Assembly: GCF_000011805.1 (NCBI RefSeq)
Contig: NC_006840.2
Direction: 5' to 3' (one strand)
Origin: Aliivibrio fischeri ES114
GTDB taxonomy: Bacteria > Pseudomonadota > Gammaproteobacteria > Enterobacterales > Vibrionaceae
Length of the DNA stretch: 32,000 bases
In this document: piece by piece, positions 26,516-32,000 of the stretch
Numbering within the stretch: position 1 is the stretch's first letter
How the letters are laid out: every line of letters begins with the position of its first letter
Notes under the pieces: model-generated
What the model was told of the DNA's origin: nothing
The model's input: only the letters and a program-made list of their open reading frames with translations
The model's database searches: none
Position numbers and translations under genes: made by a program

Positions 26516-26920
26516 ATGAAAAAGCGTCAAGGACAGAAAGGTTTTACCCTAATTGAATTAATGATTGTAGTTGCCGTAATTGGTGTGTTATCAGCAATTG
26601 CGATTCCTAAATATCAAGAGTTTGCTAAAAAAGGAGCTGTCGCTTCTGGTATTGCAACTCTTTCGGCACTAAAAACAAATGTCGAAGACCATATGGCTAC
26701 CAACGGCTCTTTTCCTGCCAATATTACTGACATTGGAGCTATTGATTCTAGCATTGGTGTAGTCGCTTTTGATGGAACTGTAAGTAATGGAATTAAAATA
26801 ACGTTCAATGATGGGGCAGTGAGTGGCTCAACAGTGACCATATCTCGTCAAGACACTGGAAAATGGGATTGTCAATATTCTGTAAGTGATTTAAATATCC
26901 CAGGCTGTCAAGGCCAATAA
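26516..26920 (+). CDS. pilA: Type IVa major pilin PilA
   Basis: Start at ATG 26516 (GGAG 6 nt upstream; the track start is TTG 26504). Class III signal MKKRQGQKG|FTLIELMIVVAVIGVLSAIAIPKYQEF, with Gly-1/Phe+1/Glu+5. C-terminal Cys pair (..WDCQYSVSDLNIPGCQGQ) forms the D-region loop. Confidence 0.92.
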   Translation: MKKRQGQKGFTLIELMIVVAVIGVLSAIAIPKYQEFAKKGAVASGIATLSALKTNVEDHMATNGSFPANITDIGAIDSSIGVVAFDGTVSNGIKITFNDGAVSGSTVTISRQDTGKWDCQYSVSDLNIPGCQGQ

Positions 26921-26926
26921 ATACCC

Positions 26927-28615
26927 ATGCACACCAACCTCGCCTCTATCTTGCGTCAAGCTGAGTTAATCAGTGCGACGCAAGAAAGCAGTATCATAGA
27001 GTCAGTTCAAGCAGAAACGCACACTGTGCCTTCTGCTCTTTTAGCTCAGGGGATATTTACTCCTGATGAACTCATAAGTCACCTTGCTCAAATCTTTGGC
27101 CTTGATGTGATCAACGTGACTCAATTTGATTATGCCACCACTTGTCAAAAGCTGGGACTGCGCGATCTCATTACTCGCTATCAAGCTCTTCCTGTAAGTC
27201 ACGACAGTTGCACGATTCGTCTTGCTGTAGCTGATCCAAGTATTGCTCAAATAGAAGATGATTTTCGTTTTACTAGCGGAAAACAAATTGAATTAGTACT
27301 TGCAGATCAAGGACAAATCCAAGCAGCCATTCGACGCGTCTACGGTGCAGGATTATCTGCAAATGACAATCAACATAAAGAGATAACCCAAGATGAGTTA
27401 GCTTCATTAGTGGATGTCTCACTTGATGAGATAAGAGCTACAGAAGATCTCAGCCAAGACGATGCCCCCGTCACTCGCTTTATTAACCAAATTTTATTAG
27501 AAGCGGTGCGTAAAGGAGTATCAGATATTCATTTTGAACCCTACGAAGATAATTATCGTGTGCGTTTTCGCTGCGATGGGATCTTAGTTGAAAACAGCCG
27601 TCCATCCGCTCACTTAAGTCGTCGTTTATCTGCTCGCCTTAAAATCATGGCAAAATTAGACATTGCAGAACGTCGTCTACCACAAGATGGGCGTATTAAA
27701 CTCAAATTAAACAGTACCACTTCGATTGATATGCGAGTTTCTTCACTGCCAACTTTATGGGGTGAGAAAATCGTACTGCGTTTATTAGACAGCAGTGCTG
27801 CTAATTTAAATATTGATAAACTTGGCTATAGCGATCAACAAAAAGCCCTATATTTAGAAGCCCTAAAACGCCCTCAAGGCATGATATTAATGACAGGCCC
27901 TACAGGCAGTGGGAAAACCGTCTCTCTTTATTCTGGTCTTAATATTCTCAACACCACGGAACAAAACATTTCAACGGCGGAAGATCCAGTTGAGATCAAC
28001 TTAAATGGGATCAACCAAGTTCAAGTTAACCCTAAAATCGGCCTTACTTTCGCTCACGCTTTACGATCTTTTTTACGCCAAGATCCAGATATCGTCATGG
28101 TAGGTGAAATACGAGATCTCGAAACCGCTGAGATTGCTGTCAAAGCAGCTCAAACCGGGCACTTAGTTCTTTCTACCCTACATACAAATTCCGCAGCAGA
28201 AACCGTCGTTCGACTAGGCAACATGGGGATTGAAAACTTTAACTTAGCTTCCTCTCTTAGTTTGATTATTGCGCAACGGCTGGCTCGTCGTCTCTGCAAT
28301 TTATGCAAGCAAGAAGATCATTTAAGTGATGAGTTGCGAGAAGAATATAACATTGCACCTTCAGCCATTATTTATCAAGCCAATAAAGAAGGTTGCAATG
28401 AGTGCACTCATGGTTACTCAGGGCGTATTGGTATTTATGAAGTGATGCCGTTCACCCGAGAACTGTCTGTTGCCATTTTAAAAGGTGCAACCGTTAGACA
28501 AATAGAACAAATCGCCATTCAACAAGGTATGGATAACCTAAAAACCTCAGGAATTAAACGATTAGAAGATGGCACCACCAGCTTACAAGAACTAAACCGT
28601 GTGCTCTATTTTTAA
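26927..28615 (+). CDS. pilB: Type IV pilus assembly ATPase PilB (GspE family)
   Basis: 562-aa ORF. Walker A GPTGSGKT, Asp box, Walker B/His box (IVMVGEIRD, GHLVLSTLHTN), and the tetracysteine motif CNLC...CNEC. Confidence 0.95.
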   Translation: MHTNLASILRQAELISATQESSIIESVQAETHTVPSALLAQGIFTPDELISHLAQIFGLDVINVTQFDYATTCQKLGLRDLITRYQALPVSHDSCTIRLAVADPSIAQIEDDFRFTSGKQIELVLADQGQIQAAIRRVYGAGLSANDNQHKEITQDELASLVDVSLDEIRATEDLSQDDAPVTRFINQILLEAVRKGVSDIHFEPYEDNYRVRFRCDGILVENSRPSAHLSRRLSARLKIMAKLDIAERRLPQDGRIKLKLNSTTSIDMRVSSLPTLWGEKIVLRLLDSSAANLNIDKLGYSDQQKALYLEALKRPQGMILMTGPTGSGKTVSLYSGLNILNTTEQNISTAEDPVEINLNGINQVQVNPKIGLTFAHALRSFLRQDPDIVMVGEIRDLETAEIAVKAAQTGHLVLSTLHTNSAAETVVRLGNMGIENFNLASSLSLIIAQRLARRLCNLCKQEDHLSDELREEYNIAPSAIIYQANKEGCNECTHGYSGRIGIYEVMPFTRELSVAILKGATVRQIEQIAIQQGMDNLKTSGIKRLEDGTTSLQELNRVLYF

Positions 28616-28634
28616 AGATAAGTAGATAATTCAA

Positions 28635-29873
28635 ATGCCTAAAACAAAAAAGAAATCCAAAGCAGTCGTATTAAAAAGCTTTCAATGGCGTGGCATTAAC
28701 AGTTCAGGGAAAAAAGTATCTGGAAAACAGCTCGCGTTAAGTGATGCTGAAGTCAGAACAAAATTAACTGAACAAAATATCCAGATTAAAAAAATTAAAA
28801 AGCGTAGTATTTCTAGCTTTGAAAAAATGAAGCACGCGGTTAAGCGAAAAGACATCACCCTCTTTACTCGCCAGCTTTCTACCATGCTCGCCTCAGGTGT
28901 TCCAGTTGTTCAGTCACTGCACCTCATCGCAGAAAACAACACTAAAGCGGAAATGAAATCCATTTTGCATCAAGTTTGCTTATCCATCGAAGCAGGTACT
29001 CAATTATCTAAAGCGCTCTCTACCAGTTGTTCTCATTTTGATTCTTTTTATATCGACCTTATAGCGACTGGTGAAGAGACAGGCAGCTTAGCTCAGGCAT
29101 TCGCTCGCTTGGCAGAGTATAGGGAAAAAAGTGATGCTTTGCGTTCCAAAGTAATCAAAGCCATGATTTATCCAACCATGGTTTTTTTAGTTGCGATAAC
29201 CGTAACTATTTTAATGCTTACTTTTGTTATCCCAGAATTTGAGAATATTTTTAAAGGCTTTGGCGCTGAATTACCTTGGTTTACTCAACAGGTAATTAAT
29301 ATCTCTCATAACTTACAAGAGTATGGTCTATATATTCTTTTACTTATTATGCTCACTATCCTAATGCTCAGTGCATTAAAGAAGAAATCTTACTTTTTTA
29401 GAATGAAAGTGAGTCGTCATAGCTTACAAATTCCCATCATTGGTACCGTGCTGTCTAAAGCTGCCATTGCCAAATTTTCCCGTACCTTAGCAACCAGTTT
29501 TAGCTCAGGTTTGCCGATTTTACACAGCTTACAAACCACCAGTAAAACCGCCGGTAATCTTTACTATCAAGAAGCCATCTTATCTGTACAACAGCACACC
29601 GCTGCAGGTATGCCCCTTTATATTGCTATGCGACATACCGAAGTTTTTCCTGAAATGGTATTGCAAATGGTCATGATTGGAGAAGAATCAGGAAAGCTAG
29701 ATGACATGCTAAATAAAATTGCTCATGTTTATGAGGAAGATGTTGATAATACCGTAGATAACTTAGGTAAAATTCTAGAGCCTTTTATTATCGTTTTTCT
29801 TGGTACCATGATTGGTGGTTTAGTGGTGTCTATGTATCTTCCAATCTTTAACCTTATGAGTGTTATTGGCTAA
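28635..29873 (+). CDS. pilC: Type IV pilus platform protein PilC (GspF family)
   Basis: 412-aa ORF with two GspF-type repeats (..[19 protein letters not shown].. and ..[19 protein letters not shown]..) and three TM segments. Confidence 0.94.
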   Translation: MPKTKKKSKAVVLKSFQWRGINSSGKKVSGKQLALSDAEVRTKLTEQNIQIKKIKKRSISSFEKMKHAVKRKDITLFTRQLSTMLASGVPVVQSLHLIAENNTKAEMKSILHQVCLSIEAGTQLSKALSTSCSHFDSFYIDLIATGEETGSLAQAFARLAEYREKSDALRSKVIKAMIYPTMVFLVAITVTILMLTFVIPEFENIFKGFGAELPWFTQQVINISHNLQEYGLYILLLIMLTILMLSALKKKSYFFRMKVSRHSLQIPIIGTVLSKAAIAKFSRTLATSFSSGLPILHSLQTTSKTAGNLYYQEAILSVQQHTAAGMPLYIAMRHTEVFPEMVLQMVMIGEESGKLDDMLNKIAHVYEEDVDNTVDNLGKILEPFIIVFLGTMIGGLVVSMYLPIFNLMSVIG

Positions 29874-29977
29874 AACGTGTAATAAGTGCGTTAAGTTTAT
29901 ACTCTTAACTACTTCATTTTAATGAATTCTGATACCATCAGCTAAATACGTTAATTACTGATATTGGACGCTTTTAC

Positions 29978-30865
29978 ATGGCTGTTTTTGATTATTACCC
30001 TTGGCTTTTCCCTCTATTTGCCACCCTATTTGGGTTGCTTGTTGGTAGTTTTTTAAATGTCGTAATTTATCGTTTACCCATCATGATGGAAAAGGAATGG
30101 AAAAAAGACTGCATTGATTGCTTTCCAGATCTTGCCCCTAAAAAAACAAGTGAAGAAAAAGAAGAAACCTTTAACTTAAGTGTTCCTCGCTCTCGCTGCC
30201 CAAAGTGTCAAACTCAAATTAAATTCTATGACAACATTCCTGTCATTAGCTGGCTTTTATTAAAAGGAAAATGTCGTCAATGCAGTAACCCTATCAGTTT
30301 TCGATATCCTGCAATTGAACTACTATCAGGCGCAATGTGTTTTGCCGTTTCATACTTATTACCCTTCTCATATTTTGCTGTTGCTGCCGTTCTATTTACT
30401 CTAGTTTTGATCGCATTAACCTTTATCGATATTGATACCATGTTACTGCCAGATCAAATCACCCTACCTCTACTATGGAGTGGTCTATACTTAGCTCTAG
30501 TGGGTTGGAGTTCAGTGAGCTTAGTTGATTCTGTTGTTGGTGCAATGGCTGGCTATTTGATTTTATGGTCTATTTACTGGGGCTTTAAGCTGCTTACAGG
30601 CAAAGAAGGCATGGGTTATGGTGATTTCAAATTACTGGCGGCTCTTGGAGCATGGCTTGGTTGGCAGCAGCTACCATTGATCATTCTATTATCTTCTGTT
30701 GTCGGAGCAATCATTGGCGTCATCATGCTAACCGCTCAAAAGAAAGGGTTTGACAAAGCAATTCCCTTTGGTCCTTATTTAGCTATTGCTGGCTGGGTTT
30801 GCCTATTATGGGGACAAAACATTAGCCAATGGTATTTTAATCACATTCTAGGTTTGCCACTATGA
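29978..30865 (+). CDS. pilD: Prepilin peptidase / N-methyltransferase PilD
   Basis: 295-aa polytopic ORF. Cytoplasmic CPKC...CRQC motif and a catalytic Asp region ([11 protein letters not shown]; [14 protein letters not shown]). Confidence 0.95.
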   Translation: MAVFDYYPWLFPLFATLFGLLVGSFLNVVIYRLPIMMEKEWKKDCIDCFPDLAPKKTSEEKEETFNLSVPRSRCPKCQTQIKFYDNIPVISWLLLKGKCRQCSNPISFRYPAIELLSGAMCFAVSYLLPFSYFAVAAVLFTLVLIALTFIDIDTMLLPDQITLPLLWSGLYLALVGWSSVSLVDSVVGAMAGYLILWSIYWGFKLLTGKEGMGYGDFKLLAALGAWLGWQQLPLIILLSSVVGAIIGVIMLTAQKKGFDKAIPFGPYLAIAGWVCLLWGQNISQWYFNHILGLPL

Positions 30866-31410
30866 GTTATGTCGTAGCAATTACTGGTGGTATTGGTAGT
30901 GGAAAAACTACCGTTGCCGATCGCTTTCAAGCACTCTATAACATCAATATTGTTGATGCTGATATTATTGCTCGTGAAGTTGTTAATCCAGGAACCGAAG
31001 GATTAATCCAAATAGAGCAACATTTTGGACCACAAATCTTACTGGACGATGGCCATTTAAATAGAGCGAAGTTGCGTGAGTGTATTTTTTCTGAACCTAG
31101 TGAAAAACAGTGGCTCAATGATTTATTACATCCATTGATCCGTTCAGAGATGCAACGTCAAATAGCTTTATCCACTTCAGAGTACACATTGCTTGTAGTG
31201 CCTCTTTTAGTTGAGAATAAGTTACAATATTTAGCAAATCGTGTACTTGTTGTTGATGTTTTGGAGCAAACTCAAATTAATCGCACTGTAAATCGTGATA
31301 AAGTAAATCATCAACAAGTTAAAGCAATTCTTGCTTCACAAGCATCAAGAGAAGAACGTTTAGCGGCTGCGGATGATATAATTAATAACGATCACAAAAT
31401 AATGACTTAG
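30862..31410 (+). CDS. coaE: Dephospho-CoA kinase, apparently truncated at the 3' end by a frameshift (182 aa versus ~200-207 expected)
   Basis: P-loop [29 protein letters not shown] and VVPLLVEN are collinear with E. coli CoaE until ..[11 protein letters not shown]. Three more codons then end at TAG 31408-31410. ATGA overlap with the pilD stop. Confidence 0.9.
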   Translation: MSYVVAITGGIGSGKTTVADRFQALYNINIVDADIIAREVVNPGTEGLIQIEQHFGPQILLDDGHLNRAKLRECIFSEPSEKQWLNDLLHPLIRSEMQRQIALSTSEYTLLVVPLLVENKLQYLANRVLVVDVLEQTQINRTVNRDKVNHQQVKAILASQASREERLAAADDIINNDHKIMT

Positions 31411-31484
31411 ATATGAAAATATCTCTGCTACATGAGAAATATCTGCTATTGTCTCTGGCATCTATAAATAAAGAGAATGAATAA
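31398..31484 (+). other. Out-of-frame continuation of coaE encoding the missing C-terminal helix ([28 protein letters not shown])
   Basis: The reading frame starting at 31398 is open to TAA 31482-31484. ..LLHEKYLLLSLAS.. resembles the E. coli CoaE C-terminus ..[13 protein letters not shown].. (from memory). One extra A in the run at 31396-31399 would fuse the frames. Confidence 0.6.
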
Positions 31485-31504
31485 CGACTATGAATGGATT
31501 GGGT

Positions 31505-32000
31505 ATGCAAAAATTTGAACACCCTTTAAATGAAAGGACTCGAATTTATTTACGAATAGAATCTCTATTTCGTAAATTAGGGCATTCCGCTGATTTAACA
31601 CAACCATTTGAATACCAAGTTTTTTTCAGTTCTTTATTTAATATGCTTGATATCTTAGAACAGGTACAAGTAAAAGCAGAGCTAGGTAAAGATCTAGAAA
31701 AGCTTCGCTTACAATATCGAGCTTGGATGGACATTGAAGGCGTTGATCAATCAGCACTACTTTCTGTACTTGAACAGATCAGTCAGGTACATCAAAACTT
31801 AATGCAAACCACTCGCCCAGGTCACTCTTTAAAAGAGGATCGCTTCCTTTCTGCATTAAAACAACGCTTCTTTATTCCTGGTGGAGATTGCTGTTTTGAC
31901 TTACCAGCTCTACATCATTGGCTACATTTACCATTAGAAGTGCGCTGCCGTAATACGCATAATTGGATGGCACAGCTCCTTTCTCTTTCTGATGCATTAT
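31505..32000 (+). CDS. zapD: Cell division protein ZapD (YacF), N-terminal 165 codons; continues beyond the window
   Basis: My translation: MQKFEHPLNERTRIYLRIESLF...LKEDRFLSALKQRFFIPGGDCCFDLPALHHWLHLP.. This is collinear with E. coli ZapD (..FEHPLNEKMRTWLRIEFL.., ..[20 protein letters not shown]..). An in-frame ATG at 31490 is an alternative start. Not in the track because no stop lies in the window. Confidence 0.9.
   Translation, partial: MQKFEHPLNERTRIYLRIESLFRKLGHSADLTQPFEYQVFFSSLFNMLDILEQVQVKAELGKDLEKLRLQYRAWMDIEGVDQSALLSVLEQISQVHQNLMQTTRPGHSLKEDRFLSALKQRFFIPGGDCCFDLPALHHWLHLPLEVRCRNTHNWMAQLLSLSDAL

Noticed and set aside
31393-31401. Programmed -1 ribosomal frameshifting as the explanation for the coaE frame break.
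   Set aside because: There is no X XXY YYZ slippery heptamer (only CAC AAA ATA) and no obvious downstream stimulatory structure. A homopolymer indel (sequencing error or mutation) is far more parsimonious. It is kept only as a remote alternative in the finding.
1-32000. I searched the whole window for a novel multi-gene system: a defence island, mobile element, CRISPR array, retron, TA pair, integrase or transposase, tRNA-flanked island, or long inverted or direct terminal repeats.
   Set aside because: Every ORF of 60 aa or more that is not an antisense shadow has a confident housekeeping assignment, and gene order follows the E. coli 2-3 min region. The only lineage-specific insertions are the SulP gene, the DUF1127/micro-ORF unit and litR. 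I see no repeat-spacer arrays or terminal repeats. I therefore do not claim a new system.

Overview
This 32 kb window is AT-rich core chromosome from a Vibrionaceae genome. It is most likely Aliivibrio fischeri-like, because the TetR-family regulator between hpt and lpd reads as the quorum-sensing master regulator LitR/HapR/LuxR. I call 28 tightly packed conserved genes, plus one tentative 25-codon micro-ORF. Almost all of them follow the gene order of the E. coli 2-3 min region. In window order: mrcB (partial), hrpB, sfsA, dksA, gluQ, pcnB, folK, panB, panC, yadH, yadG, a BicA-like SulP transporter, can, a DUF1127-like small protein, hpt, litR, lpdA, aceF, aceE, pdhR, ampD, nadC, pilABCD, coaE and zapD (partial). 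I see no tRNA or rRNA genes, CRISPR arrays, transposases, integrases, phage genes, toxin-antitoxin pairs or defence-island content. I cannot honestly point to a new multi-gene system. The parts not explained by standard annotation are small-scale. (1) A Shine-Dalgarno-driven 25-codon micro-ORF with a terminator-like hairpin sits upstream of an Arg-rich DUF1127 gene, in a 530 bp 'empty' spacer. (2) A BicA-like bicarbonate-type transporter is divergently paired with beta-carbonic anhydrase. (3) coaE has an apparent 1-nt frameshift at its 3' end. (4) pcnB has no usable AUG and probably starts at AUU or AUC. (5) Two perfect PdhR boxes bracket a strand-specific hairpin. (6) The litR leader carries candidate Qrr and autoregulatory sites. 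All homology statements come from my reading of the translations and recalled family motifs. No database search was run.
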